Below, one piece after another: positions 22,727 to 32,000 of a DNA stretch of 32,000 bases. The stretch comes from Delftia acidovorans NBRC 14950 (GTDB lineage: Bacteria; Pseudomonadota; Gammaproteobacteria; Burkholderiales; Burkholderiaceae_C). Location of the stretch: positions 360,001 to 392,000 of the forward strand of contig NZ_BCZP01000002.1 in NCBI RefSeq assembly GCF_001598795.1, written 5' to 3'. The notes under the pieces are model-generated. The model had not been told where the DNA came from, made no database searches, and saw nothing but the letters and a program-made list of their open reading frames with translations. The position numbers and the translations under genes were made by a program. Position 1 is the first letter of the stretch, and every line of letters starts with the position of its first letter.

Positions 22727-23923
22727 ATGAAACAAATCCAAGACGCCTACATCGTCGCCGCCACGCGCACGCCCATCGGCAAGTCGCACAAGGGCTTTTT
22801 CCGCAACTACCGTCCCGACGACCTGCTGGCGACCACGCTGAAGGCCGCGCTGGCCCAGGTGCCGGGGCTGGACCCGGCTGCTATCGAGGACATCATCTGC
22901 GGCTGCGCCATCCCCGAGGCCCAGCAGGGCCTGAACGTGGCGCGCATCAGCGCCGTGCTGGCGGGCCTGCCCACCAGCGTGGGCGGCATCACCGTGAACC
23001 GCTTCTGCGCCTCGGGCCTGTCGGCCGTGGCCATGGCGGCGGACCGCATCCGCGTGGGCGAGGCCGACGTGATGATCGCGGCCGGTGTCGAGAGCATGAG
23101 CATGGTGCCCATGATGGGCAACGCGCCCTCGCTGTCGCCGTCCATCTTCGAGCGTGATGGCGACGTGGGCATTGCCTACGGCATGGGCCTGACGGCCGAG
23201 AAGGTGGCCCAGCAGTGGAAGGTCTCGCGCGATGCGCAGGACGCCTTTGCGCTGGAGTCGCACCGCCGTGCCCTGGCCGCGCAGCAGGCCGGTGAGTTCA
23301 AGGACGAGATCACGCCCATCGAGGTCACCGACCGGGGCCTGGACCTGGCCAAGGGCGAGCCCGTGGTGCGCACGCGCACCGTGGAGCTGGACGAGGGCGC
23401 ACGCCCCGACACCAGCCTGGAAGGCCTGGGCAAGCTGCGCACCGTGTTCGCGGCGCGCGGCTCGGTGACGGCTGGCAACAGCTCGCAGACCAGCGATGGC
23501 GCAGGCGCGCTGATCCTGGCCAGCGGCGCCGCCGTGCAGCGCTTCGGCCTCACGCCGCTGGCGCGCTTCGTGAGCTATGCCAGCAAGGGCGTGCCGCCGG
23601 CCATCATGGGCATCGGCCCCATCGAGGCTATCCCGGCGGCACTGCGCTATGCGGGCCTCAAGCAGGACGACATCGACTGGTTCGAGCTCAACGAAGCCTT
23701 TGCCGCCCAGTCGCTGGCCGTGGTCAACACGCTGGGTCTGGACCCCGCCAAGGTCAATCCCATGGGCGGCGCGATTGCCCTGGGCCACCCGCTGGGTGCC
23801 ACGGGCGCCATCCGCTCGGCCACCGTGGTGCATGCGCTGCGCCGCAAGCAATTGCGCTACGGCATGGTGACGATGTGCGTCGGAATGGGCCAGGGCGCCG
23901 CCGGCATCTTCGAGCGGGTTTGA
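22727..23923 (+). CDS. acetyl-CoA C-acyltransferase (3-ketoacyl-CoA thiolase)
   Basis: Thiolase motifs VNRFCASGL, NEAFAAQ and GGAIALGHPLGATG are present. GAGGAGAGA lies upstream of ATG 22727. Confidence 0.92.
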   Translation: MKQIQDAYIVAATRTPIGKSHKGFFRNYRPDDLLATTLKAALAQVPGLDPAAIEDIICGCAIPEAQQGLNVARISAVLAGLPTSVGGITVNRFCASGLSAVAMAADRIRVGEADVMIAAGVESMSMVPMMGNAPSLSPSIFERDGDVGIAYGMGLTAEKVAQQWKVSRDAQDAFALESHRRALAAQQAGEFKDEITPIEVTDRGLDLAKGEPVVRTRTVELDEGARPDTSLEGLGKLRTVFAARGSVTAGNSSQTSDGAGALILASGAAVQRFGLTPLARFVSYASKGVPPAIMGIGPIEAIPAALRYAGLKQDDIDWFELNEAFAAQSLAVVNTLGLDPAKVNPMGGAIALGHPLGATGAIRSATVVHALRRKQLRYGMVTMCVGMGQGAAGIFERV

Positions 23924-23932
23924 CCGTTGCTC

Positions 23933-23962
23933 AAAGCCCCGTTCGCGGGGCTTTGTCTTTTT
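23933..23962 (+). terminator. rho-independent terminator after the thiolase gene
   Basis: Stem AAAGCCCCG (23933-23941), loop TTCG, stem CGGGGCTTT (23946-23954), then GTCTTTTT. Confidence 0.75.
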
Positions 23963-24027
23963 CGCTCATCCCATCCTTTCCCATCCATGCGAGCCGGCAC
24001 AGAAACGGCACCGACCAGGAGACAGCC

Positions 24028-24930
24028 ATGGAACAACACCAACTCAGCAGCGATGGCGCCACGCTGGCGCTGCGCGTCTACACGCCCGCTGGCCCGCCGC
24101 GTGCCAGCGTGGTCATCGGCGGGGCCATGGGGGTGCGCCAGGCCTTCTACGAGGCCTTTGCCACCTGGCTTGCGGGCCAGGGCTATCGGGTGACCAGCTT
24201 TGACTACCGGGGCCATGGCGATTCCCTGCAAGGGTCTTTGCGCGAGGTGCGTGCCGACCTGTGCGACTGGGCGCGCGACTACGAGACCGTGATCGCCCAT
24301 GCCAAGGCGCAGCTGCCGGACCAGCCGCTGTTCCTGATCGGCCACAGCCTGGGCGCCCAGCTGCCGGGCCTGCTGCGCTCCCCGCAGCTGGTGGACGGCC
24401 TTTTGAGCATTGCGGCCGGCAGCGGCTACTGGCGTGACAATGCGCCTCGCCTCAAGCGCATGGTTCCCTATTTCTGGCATGTGCTGGTGCCCGTGGCCAC
24501 GCGCCTGTGCGGCTACTTTCCGGGCCGGCGCCTGCGCAAGGTGGGCGACCTGCCGGCCGGCGTCATGCTGCAGTGGCGCCGCTGGTGCCTGAATCCGCGC
24601 TACAGCGTGGGTGCCGAGGGCGAGGCCGCCGCGCGCAGCTACGCCGCCGTGCGCTTTCCGGTGATGGCGCTGTCCATGAGCGACGACGAACTCATGACCT
24701 GGCGCGGCACCGAGCACCTGTTCGCGCTCTATGCCAATGCCCCCAGCCGCATCGAGCGCATCGAGCCCAAGGCGCTGCAGTTGCGGCGCATAGGACATTT
24801 CGGCTTCTTCCGCGCCGATATGCGCGACGCGCTCTGGGGCCGGGCCGTGGACGTGTTCTCGGGCTGGACCAAGGCGCCGGCCGCCGCGGCCCACCCGCGC
24901 TTTCCCTCACCCGCAGAGTCGCCGGCTTGA
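24028..24930 (+). CDS. alpha/beta-fold hydrolase
   Basis: It has the nucleophile elbow GHSLGAQ and the early motif FDYRGHGDS. I chose ATG 24028 within the longer ORF. Confidence 0.75.
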   Translation: MEQHQLSSDGATLALRVYTPAGPPRASVVIGGAMGVRQAFYEAFATWLAGQGYRVTSFDYRGHGDSLQGSLREVRADLCDWARDYETVIAHAKAQLPDQPLFLIGHSLGAQLPGLLRSPQLVDGLLSIAAGSGYWRDNAPRLKRMVPYFWHVLVPVATRLCGYFPGRRLRKVGDLPAGVMLQWRRWCLNPRYSVGAEGEAAARSYAAVRFPVMALSMSDDELMTWRGTEHLFALYANAPSRIERIEPKALQLRRIGHFGFFRADMRDALWGRAVDVFSGWTKAPAAAAHPRFPSPAESPA

Positions 24931-24967
24931 CGGACGCGGGCCCCGCTTGCCATCACACTCGTTTGCC

Positions 24968-25798
24968 ATGAGCACAGACATCCATCCTCTCGACCAGGCC
25001 GTGGCGCTCACGCCCACCGGCGCCGTGGGCCACTACCAGGGCCAGACCACGCAGGACTACTGGAACATGGTGGGCCCGTACGGCGGCATCACCGCCGCCG
25101 CGCTGGTGCAGGCCATCCAGCAGCATCCGCTGTGCCTGGGCGATCCGCTGTCCATCACCGTCAACTACGCAGCTGCGCTGGGCGCGGGGCGCTTCGATAT
25201 CGAAGCCCGCCCCGTGCGCACCAACCGCTCCACACAGCACTGGCTGCTGACCATCACCCAGCCCGACCAGGACGGCGATGCCCAGGTCGTCACCACGGCC
25301 ACGGCCGTCACGGCCGTGCGGCGCAGCACCTGGGGCGGCACCGACCTGGCCATGCCCGAGGTGCCTGCGCCCGCCACCGTGCCGCGCGTGCCGCCTCTGG
25401 GGGGCGTGGAGTGGCTCAACCGCTACGACATGCGCTTTCTCGACGGCATCATTCCCCAGACCTGGGATGGCCGCGAGATCGACAGCCTCACGCGCCTGTG
25501 GGTGCGCGACGAGCCGCCGCGCGCACTGGATTTTTGCGCGCTGGCCGGCCTGGCTGACGTATTCTTCCCGCGCGTGTGGCTGCGCCGCGCACAGCGCACC
25601 CCGGCGGGCACGGTGTCCATCACCGTCTACTTCCATGCGGGGCGCGAGGAACTGGCCGCCGCAGGCACGGGCCACCTGCTGGCCCAGGCGCGCGGCCAGG
25701 AATTTCGCAACGGCTTCTTCGACCAGAGCGCCCAGCTGTGGAGCGAGGCCGGCGTGATGCTGGCGAGCAGCCACCAGATCGTGTATTTCAAGGAATAA
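24968..25798 (+). CDS. acyl-CoA thioesterase (TesB-like double hot-dog family)
   Basis: A 276-aa protein with YWNMVGPYGGITAAALV and a C-terminal QLWSEAGVMLASSHQIVYF, typical of thioesterase-II-like proteins. From memory. Confidence 0.6.
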   Translation: MSTDIHPLDQAVALTPTGAVGHYQGQTTQDYWNMVGPYGGITAAALVQAIQQHPLCLGDPLSITVNYAAALGAGRFDIEARPVRTNRSTQHWLLTITQPDQDGDAQVVTTATAVTAVRRSTWGGTDLAMPEVPAPATVPRVPPLGGVEWLNRYDMRFLDGIIPQTWDGREIDSLTRLWVRDEPPRALDFCALAGLADVFFPRVWLRRAQRTPAGTVSITVYFHAGREELAAAGTGHLLAQARGQEFRNGFFDQSAQLWSEAGVMLASSHQIVYFKE

Positions 25799-25814
25799 GC
25801 AAGGCAAGACCATC

Positions 25815-26609
25815 ATGAGCGAAACCACCCAGGACATCCGCGTGCACACCGAAGCCGGTGTCTGCACCATCACCTTCAACCGCGCAGACAAGAAGAACTC
25901 CATCACCGAGGCCATGTACGCCAGCATGGCCGATGCGCTGGCCCAGGCCGGCGAAGACGCCGCCGTGCGCTGCGTGGTCTTCCAGGGCGACATGGCCATC
26001 TTCAGCGCGGGCAACGACATTGCCGACTTCCTCAAGCAGTCGGCCGGCGGCGCCGCCAGGCCGGAAGGCGAGCAGCGCCCCGTCTGGCGCTTCCTGCACA
26101 ACATCGCCGCCTTTCCCAAGCCCGTGATCGCCGCCGTCTGCGGCCCGGCCGTGGGCATCGGCACCACCTTGCTGCTGCACTGCGACCTGGTCTATGCAGG
26201 CGACAACGCGGCCTTCTCGCTGCCCTTCGTGAACCTGGGCCTGTGCCCCGAAGCGGCCTCCAGCCTGCTGCTGCCCCAGATGCTCGGCTACCACCGCGCG
26301 GCCGAGGCCCTGCTGCTGGGCGAGCCCTTCCTGGCCGAAGCCGCCCTGGAAGTGGGCCTGGTCAACCGCGTCGTGCCGCCCAGCGAATGCAATGCGCTGG
26401 CCCAGGCCCAGGCCAGGAAGCTGGCGGCCAAGCCGCTTTCGGCCCTGATCGAGACCAAGCGCCTCATGAAGGCCGGCCAGTCCGGCCTGGTGCGCGAGCG
26501 CATGGCCGAGGAGGGAGCGAGCTTCGGCAAGCTGATGGGCGGGCCTGCTGCCAAGGAGGCGTTCACCGCGTTCATGGAGAAGCGCAAGCCGGACTTCAGC
26601 CAGTGCTGA
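25815..26609 (+). CDS. enoyl-CoA hydratase/isomerase family protein
   Basis: Crotonase motifs: FSAGNDIADF, KPVIAAVCGPAVGIGTTLLLHCD and FVNLGLCPEAASS. Confidence 0.88.
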   Translation: MSETTQDIRVHTEAGVCTITFNRADKKNSITEAMYASMADALAQAGEDAAVRCVVFQGDMAIFSAGNDIADFLKQSAGGAARPEGEQRPVWRFLHNIAAFPKPVIAAVCGPAVGIGTTLLLHCDLVYAGDNAAFSLPFVNLGLCPEAASSLLLPQMLGYHRAAEALLLGEPFLAEAALEVGLVNRVVPPSECNALAQAQARKLAAKPLSALIETKRLMKAGQSGLVRERMAEEGASFGKLMGGPAAKEAFTAFMEKRKPDFSQC

Positions 26610-27103
26610 AATCCACGAAGGTCTCCGAGGCCTCCGAGGCGTCCGTGCAGTTCGAGCCCGAGTTCATCGCCGGGCTGCGCGAAGTGTTCGAGCGCCAGAT
26701 CGCCTTCAACCAGGTGCTGGGCCTGCGCATCACCGAAGTGCTGCCCGAGCGGGTTGAAGGCCGCATCACCATGCGGCCCGAGCTCATCGGCCACGCCGCC
26801 TACCAGCGCATCCACGGCGGCGTGATCAGCGCCGGTCTGGACTCCATGGGCGGCCTGGCCGTCATGGCGGCCATCGGTGCCAAGCACATGGACGATGCGC
26901 CCCTGCAGCGCCTGCACCGCTTCTCGCGCCTGGGCACCATCGACCTGCGCGTGGACTACCTGCGCCCCGGCATAGGCAGCGAATTCATCCTGCGCGCCGA
27001 GGTGCTGCGGCTGGGCTCGCGCGTGGCCAATACGCGCATGGAATTCCTGGGGGCCGATGGCAGCTTGCTGTCCACGGGGACGGCGGCGTACATCGTTTCT
27101 TGA
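26603..27103 (+). CDS. PaaI/YigI-type hot-dog thioesterase
   Basis: The HGGVISAGLDSMGG motif is present. The start is uncertain: GTG 26603 overlaps the hydratase stop, and no in-frame ATG lies nearby. Confidence 0.65.
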   Translation: MLKSTKVSEASEASVQFEPEFIAGLREVFERQIAFNQVLGLRITEVLPERVEGRITMRPELIGHAAYQRIHGGVISAGLDSMGGLAVMAAIGAKHMDDAPLQRLHRFSRLGTIDLRVDYLRPGIGSEFILRAEVLRLGSRVANTRMEFLGADGSLLSTGTAAYIVS

Positions 27104-27108
27104 AGCAT

Positions 27109-27136
27109 GGCCCGCTGACTGCGGGCCTTCTTTTTG
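27109..27136. terminator. terminator between the convergent thioesterase and MATE genes
   Basis: Stem GGCCCGC (27109-27115), loop TGACT, stem GCGGGCC (27121-27127), then TTCTTTTTG. Confidence 0.7.
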
Positions 27137-27143
27137 CGTTTCT

Positions 27144-28523
27144 TCACCCCCAGCGCGCGCGCCACACGGCCCAGGCCGTGCCTGCGCCATAGGCGGCCAT
27201 GGCCACGGCGACCAGGATGAACAGCGACTGGGCACTGCCCAGGCCGCTGGACATGAGCCAGCCGCCGCCCACCACCACGATCAGCAGGCGCACCGTGCCG
27301 GCCAGCACGGGTGCCCAGACGCGGCCTGCGCCCAGGGAGGCGAAGTACAGCACCAGTCCCAGGCCGAACAGCCCGAAGGCCGGGCCCACGGTGCGCAGGT
27401 AGAGGTCGGCGTAGGCGCGCACGGCCGGGTCGCCGGTGAAGATGCCTGACCACAGCTGCGGCCAGACCATGACCACCAGCCCCAGCACGCCCAGCAGGGC
27501 CGCGGCCATGGCGCCGCCCGACCAGGCCACGCGGCGCGCGCGTGCCACCTGGCCTGCGCCCATGGCCATGCCCACCATGGGCACGGCGGCCATGCCCACG
27601 CCGAAGGCCATGGGGATCAGCAGGAACTCCAGCCGCTGGCCTATGCCGTAGCCGGCCAGGGCCAGCGGGCCCAGGCGGGCGACCATGCCTGTCAGCAGCA
27701 GCGCGGCCAGCGCCGTTTGCACGGGGGACAGGCAGGCCAGGGCACCCACGCGCAGGATGTCGCGGAACATGGGCCAGGCCAGGCGCGGCGTGCGCCAGTC
27801 CAGCTGCAGGCGCTGCTGGCCCCACTGCAGGTAGGCCAGGAAGGCCGCCACGGCCAGCACCATGGCCACGATGTTGCCCACGGCCACGCCCGGCATGCCC
27901 CAGCGCGGCATGGGGCCCAGGCCCAGCCCCAGCGTGCCGCCCACCACGATCTGCACCAGCGAGGCCGCAAAGATCACGGCCGACGGCATGCGCATATTGC
28001 CCGTGCCCCGCACCACCGATGCCAGCGTATTGCACAGCCACACCAGGATGGCGCCGCTGAACAGCACGGCGCCAAAGCCCGTGGCCGCTGCCAGCACCTC
28101 GCCGCGCCCGCCCAGCCAGCTGTAGAAGGTGGCGCCGCAGAGCACGAAGATGAGCGAGTACAGCAGGCCTGCGATGGCGCCGATCACGATGGCGTGCAGG
28201 GCCAGTGCCGAGGCACGCGCGCCGTCGCCCGCGCCCAGCGCGCGGCTGATGGCCGAGGACACGCCGCTGCCCATGGCGCCGTTGCTCATCATCTGCGTGA
28301 GCATGGCCAGCGGAAATACCAGGGCCATGGCCGCCAGCGATACGGTTCCCAGCTGCCCTACGTAGTAGGTCTCGGCCACGGCGACCAGCACCGACATGCT
28401 CAGCGCCACCATGTTGGGCACGGCCAGGCGCATCAGGGTGGAGGCGATGGGGCCGCTGACCAACGGATGCGCGGACCCGCTGGCCGCAGCGCCCGGGGCT
28501 GCGGAGGACAGGGCGGCGCTCAT
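27144..28523 (-). CDS. MATE-family multidrug efflux transporter
   Basis: A 459-aa protein with about 12 hydrophobic segments and a typical MATE N-terminus (IASTLMRLAVPNMVALSMSVLVAVAETYYVGQLG). ATG 28523 overlaps the marR stop (ATGA). Confidence 0.85.
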   Translation of the reverse strand: MSAALSSAAPGAAASGSAHPLVSGPIASTLMRLAVPNMVALSMSVLVAVAETYYVGQLGTVSLAAMALVFPLAMLTQMMSNGAMGSGVSSAISRALGAGDGARASALALHAIVIGAIAGLLYSLIFVLCGATFYSWLGGRGEVLAAATGFGAVLFSGAILVWLCNTLASVVRGTGNMRMPSAVIFAASLVQIVVGGTLGLGLGPMPRWGMPGVAVGNIVAMVLAVAAFLAYLQWGQQRLQLDWRTPRLAWPMFRDILRVGALACLSPVQTALAALLLTGMVARLGPLALAGYGIGQRLEFLLIPMAFGVGMAAVPMVGMAMGAGQVARARRVAWSGGAMAAALLGVLGLVVMVWPQLWSGIFTGDPAVRAYADLYLRTVGPAFGLFGLGLVLYFASLGAGRVWAPVLAGTVRLLIVVVGGGWLMSSGLGSAQSLFILVAVAMAAYGAGTAWAVWRARWG

Positions 28524-28984
28524 TCCGCGCTCTCCTGCGTGGCGGTTTCCAGCACGGGCAGCATGCCCAGCACCAGGCTTTCGAGCGCGCCGATCTGCTC
28601 GCTGCCGCACAGCTCGCGCACGCGCTGCTGGGCCTGGCGCCACAGGGCGGCAGCCTCGCGGATGCGGGCGCGGCCTTCGGGCGTGACCACCACGCAGCGG
28701 CTGCGCGCATCCGCGCCGGGAACCAGGTCGATGAAGCCGGCCTGCTGCAGCGTGCGCAGATTGCGCGTCATCGTCGTGCGGTCGGTGTGCAACTGCTCGG
28801 CCAGGGCCGAGACCGTGGGCGGGCCGTCGGGCGCATTGCGTGCCTGCACCAGCAGGCTGAACTGCGTGCCGCGCAGGCCGCTGGGCGCCAGCGTGTCGTC
28901 ATAGAGCTGCGAGATCTTGCGCGACAGGCTGCGCACCATGAAGCAGGTGCAGACCGGACTGGCGCTTGAGGTGGAGGAGGTCAT
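28520..28984 (-). CDS. MarR-family transcriptional regulator
   Basis: A winged HTH is present (LRGTQFSLLVQA...TVSALAEQLHTDRTTMTRNLRTLQQAGFI). I chose ATG 28984 inside the longer ORF. Confidence 0.85.
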   Translation of the reverse strand: MTSSTSSASPVCTCFMVRSLSRKISQLYDDTLAPSGLRGTQFSLLVQARNAPDGPPTVSALAEQLHTDRTTMTRNLRTLQQAGFIDLVPGADARSRCVVVTPEGRARIREAAALWRQAQQRVRELCGSEQIGALESLVLGMLPVLETATQESAE

Positions 28985-29202
28985 GGGGCGTGGGGCAGGT
29001 GGCCTGGAATGGAAATGAGTGTAGATGCACCTATTGATTTGCGCATGTCCGCTGCGCGACCTGCGCATGCGCGGTGTGTGATCGAGAAAGGCTTGCAAGC
29101 ACATGAAACGGGAGAACCATCTCGTTACCGTTCTTGCGAGATGCCGGCATTTGTTGCCAGTTCGTGTGCGTAGCATCGGATTTTTCCGAAGGAGACCCAC
29201 CC

Positions 29203-29868
29203 ATGGCTGTTCAGAACCCGTTCTTTGGCAAGCGCGACAACGATGCTTTCACCTCCCGCAACACCCTGGGCAGCGGCACAGGCGCCGCCAGCACGGGCGG
29301 CAGCCCTTCGGGAGCCGTCATGCCCAGCTCCAGCGTGAGCAGCCCGGCATCCACCCAGCGCCAGGCCTCGCCTGTGTCGCAGGACTCTCCGGGCAGCAAG
29401 CTCACCGTGGGCCCCAACATCAAGCTCAAGGGCGTGGAGATCACCGACTGCGACACGCTGGTCGTCGAAGGCACGGTGGAGGCCACCATGGACTCGCGCG
29501 TGATCCAGATCGCCGAGCAGGGTGCCTTCCATGGCACGGCCGAGATCGACATCGCCGAGATCCATGGCGTGTTCGACGGCACGCTGACCGTGCGCGAAAA
29601 GCTGGTCATCTACGGCACGGGCAAGGTCAGCGGCAAGATCCGCTACGGCAAGGTGGTGATCGAAGAGGGCGGCGAGCTCACGGGCCAGATCGAGGCCGGT
29701 TCCTCGCCGCGTTCATCCTCGGGTTCGGCCGTGGCATCCAGCGCCTCCAGCCTGTCCTCTTCCTCGTCGGCCGCCTCCAGCGACAGTGCCGCCAGCAGTT
29801 CCGCTGCCCTGGCTGCGGCCACCGCAGCGGCCTCGCTGCAGCCGCGCGTCACTCCCTCTCTGGCCTGA
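29203..29868 (+). CDS. bactofilin (polymer-forming cytoskeletal protein) with a Ser/Ala-rich C-terminal tail
   Basis: The beta-helical core has the repeated pattern G-x-h-x-h (IKLKGVEITDCDTLVVEGTVEA...VSGKIRYGKVVIEEGGELTGQIE). GAAGGAGA lies upstream of ATG 29203. Confidence 0.8.
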   Translation: MAVQNPFFGKRDNDAFTSRNTLGSGTGAASTGGSPSGAVMPSSSVSSPASTQRQASPVSQDSPGSKLTVGPNIKLKGVEITDCDTLVVEGTVEATMDSRVIQIAEQGAFHGTAEIDIAEIHGVFDGTLTVREKLVIYGTGKVSGKIRYGKVVIEEGGELTGQIEAGSSPRSSSGSAVASSASSLSSSSSAASSDSAASSSAALAAATAAASLQPRVTPSLA

Positions 29869-29889
29869 GCCCTTCCTGCACCGGAAATG

Positions 29890-29918
29890 AAAAAGCGACC
29901 TGCGAAGGTCGCTTTTTT
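29890..29918. terminator. bidirectional rho-independent terminator
   Basis: AAAAAGCGACC (29890-29900), loop TGCGAA, GGTCGCTTTTT (29907-29917). It lies between convergent genes. Confidence 0.8.
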
Positions 29919-29942
29919 CATGGCTGCAGAGGCGGGGCGGGT

Positions 29943-30425
29943 TCAGCCGGCCTGCTGCTGCTTGCGTTCTGCATTGCGCTCGGCCGCTGCGCGCCAGGAA
30001 CGCACCTGGTCGTTGTCCGGCAGTGACTGGGGCTTGCCCTGGCCGTCGATGGCCACGTAGGTCAGCAGGGCTTCGGTTACCTTGACGAAGCGGCCCTGGT
30101 CCGCAAAGCGCTCGGCATAGACCTCGACATCGACCGTGACCGAGGTGCGGCCCACGCGTTGCACGCTGGAGTAGAACGACAGGATGTCGCCCACGCGCAC
30201 GGGCTGCTTGAAGATGAACTCGTTCACGGCCACGGTGACCATGCGGCTCTGGCCCAGGCGCGAGGGCAGCACGGAACCTGCCAGGTCGACCTGCGCCATG
30301 ACCCAGCCGCCGAAGATGTCGCCATTGGCGTTGACATCGGCGGGCATGGGAATGACCTTGAGAACCAGCTCCTTGTCTGCGGGCAAGGGATGGGGCGGGA
30401 GGTCTGGGCGGGGTGGCATGGGCAC
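29943..30425 (-). CDS. acyl-CoA thioesterase (YciA-like hot-dog)
   Basis: DVNANGDIFGGWVMAQVDLAG and VTVAVNEFIFKQPVRVGD match YciA-type thioesterases. Confidence 0.85.
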   Translation of the reverse strand: MPMPPRPDLPPHPLPADKELVLKVIPMPADVNANGDIFGGWVMAQVDLAGSVLPSRLGQSRMVTVAVNEFIFKQPVRVGDILSFYSSVQRVGRTSVTVDVEVYAERFADQGRFVKVTEALLTYVAIDGQGKPQSLPDNDQVRSWRAAAERNAERKQQQAG

Positions 30426-30460
30426 AATCGGGTCAATATAACAACCGAGAATTGTCTTTC

Positions 30461-32000
30461 ATGCGACGCGAGAGCGCTCCCCATCCGGATTTACCCTTAG
30501 TCCCAACCCCGGCACCGTCGCGGGACTGGAACGCGCTGCGGCGCCTGCTGCCCTACCTGTGGCAATACAAGTGGCGCGTGCTGGCGGCGCTGGGCTTCAT
30601 GATCGGGGCCAAGCTCGCCAATGTGGGCGTGCCGGTGCTGCTCAAGCACCTGGTCGATGCGCTGGATCTGAAGGCCGGCGACGCCCGCGCGGTGCTCGTC
30701 GTGCCCGTGGCCCTGCTGCTGGCCTACGGGCTGCTGCGCTTTTCCAGTTCGCTGTTCACCGAGCTGCGCGACCTGGTCTTTGCCAAGGCCACGCAGGGCG
30801 CCTCGCGGGCGATTGCGCTGTCCACCTTCGAGCACCTGCATGCGCTGAGCCTGCGCTTTCACCTGGAGCGCCAGACCGGCGGCATGACGCGCGACATCGA
30901 GCGCGGCGTGCGCAGCACCGAGTCGCTGATCTCGTATTCGCTCTACAGCATCCTGCCCACCTTCATCGAGATGGCGCTGGTGCTGGGGATCCTGGCGCTG
31001 CGCTTCGACATCTGGTTCGCGGTCATCACGCTGGCGGCGCTGGTGTTCTACATCACGTTCACCGTCACGGTGACCGAGTGGCGCACGCGCTTTCGGCGCG
31101 AGGCCAATGCCCAGGAGTCGGCGGCGCACACCAAGGCCATCGACTCGCTGCTGAACTACGAGACCGTCAAGTACTTCGGCAACGAGGGCTTCGAGGCGCG
31201 GCGCTATGACGAGAACCTGGAGGCGCTGCGCCGCGTGCGCCTCAAGAGCCAGACCACGCTGAGCATGCTCAACTGCGGGCAGCAGCTGATCATCGCCACG
31301 GCCCTGGTCGCCATCCTCTGGCGCGCCACGCAGGGTGTGGTGGACGGGCGGCTGTCGCTGGGCGACCTGGTCATGGTTAATGCCTTCATGATCCAGCTCT
31401 ACATCCCGCTGGGCTTTCTGGGCGTGATCTACCGCGAGATCAAGCAGAGCCTGACCGACCTGGAGCGCATGTTCACCCTCATGGACAAGGAGCGCGAGGT
31501 GGCCGATGCGCCCGGCGCCCGGCCCCTGCCTGCCGACGGCGTGCCGCCCGAGCTGCGCTTCGAGCATGTGGACTTTGCCTATGACCCCGAGCGGCCCATC
31601 CTCAAGGACGTGAGCTTCACCATTCCGGCCGGCAAGACCGTGGCCGTGGTCGGCCCTTCGGGCTCGGGCAAGAGCACGCTGGCGCGGCTGATCTTCCGCT
31701 TCTACGACGTGCAGTCCGGCCATGTGCGCATCGCCGGGCACGACCTGCGCGAGCTGACCCAGGACAGCGTGCGCGGCGCCGTGGGCATCGTGCCGCAGGA
31801 CACGGTGCTCTTCAACGACACGGTGGAATACAACATCGCCTACGGCCGCCCCGGCGCCAGCCGCGACCAGGTGGTGGCCGCCGCGCGCGCCGCGCGCATC
31901 CACGACTTCATCGAGGCCACGCCCCAGGGCTATGCCACGCGCGTGGGCGAGCGCGGCCTCAAGCTGTCGGGCGGCGAAAAGCAGCGGGTGGCGATTGCGC
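30461..32000 (+). CDS. ABC transporter permease/ATPase fusion (ATM1/HMT1-like exporter); 3' end outside the window
   Basis: It is not in the ORF track because no stop occurs in the window. Frame 2 from ATG 30461 gives MRRESAPHP...LLPYLWQYKWRVLAAL, six TM-type segments, Walker A GPSGSGKST (from 31652) and the signature LSGGEKQRVAIA at the window end. Confidence 0.88.
   Translation, partial: MRRESAPHPDLPLVPTPAPSRDWNALRRLLPYLWQYKWRVLAALGFMIGAKLANVGVPVLLKHLVDALDLKAGDARAVLVVPVALLLAYGLLRFSSSLFTELRDLVFAKATQGASRAIALSTFEHLHALSLRFHLERQTGGMTRDIERGVRSTESLISYSLYSILPTFIEMALVLGILALRFDIWFAVITLAALVFYITFTVTVTEWRTRFRREANAQESAAHTKAIDSLLNYETVKYFGNEGFEARRYDENLEALRRVRLKSQTTLSMLNCGQQLIIATALVAILWRATQGVVDGRLSLGDLVMVNAFMIQLYIPLGFLGVIYREIKQSLTDLERMFTLMDKEREVADAPGARPLPADGVPPELRFEHVDFAYDPERPILKDVSFTIPAGKTVAVVGPSGSGKSTLARLIFRFYDVQSGHVRIAGHDLRELTQDSVRGAVGIVPQDTVLFNDTVEYNIAYGRPGASRDQVVAAARAARIHDFIEATPQGYATRVGERGLKLSGGEKQRVAIA

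Overview
High-GC betaproteobacterial-type chromosome. An Acidovorax/Comamonas-like host is my inference from gene content and argB-slmA synteny. I found no rRNA, tRNA or CRISPR. The left flank (1-4600) holds core genes: the 3' end of a GT4-like membrane transferase, argB, an OmpR-type response regulator with its histidine kinase, and slmA. The right flank (17150-32000) holds a TetR-controlled beta-oxidation cluster: acyl-CoA dehydrogenase, DUF2147 protein, FadB-like dehydrogenase/hydratase, thiolase, alpha/beta hydrolase, thioesterases and enoyl-CoA hydratase. It continues with a marR-MATE efflux pair, a bactofilin, a YciA-like thioesterase and an ATM1-like ABC transporter truncated at the window end. 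The most interesting region is the ~12 kb block between them (about 4700-17050). It contains a divergent phage-type switch, a Mor-like activator facing a CI/S24 repressor, with GGTTC/GAACC operator repeats in the 71-bp gap. About 340 bp downstream begins a tightly coupled plus-strand operon that encodes only siphovirus tail functions. These are a tail-terminator-like protein, a tube protein, G/GT chaperones with an intact A_AAA_AAC -1 frameshift site, and a 1663-aa tape measure. Four small distal ORFs follow, one of them a 28-triplet collagen-like protein. I see no head, packaging, integration, replication or lysis genes. I read this as a head-less, probably SOS-inducible, flexible-tail (F-type tailocin-like) system with an unorthodox minimal tail tip. 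Its 3' end is a low-GC cassette. After that comes an orphan unit with a near-consensus sigma70 promoter, an 8-bp tandem repeat (8.6 copies) and a strong terminator, which may be phase-variable. All family assignments come from reading the translations and from memory. No searches were run.
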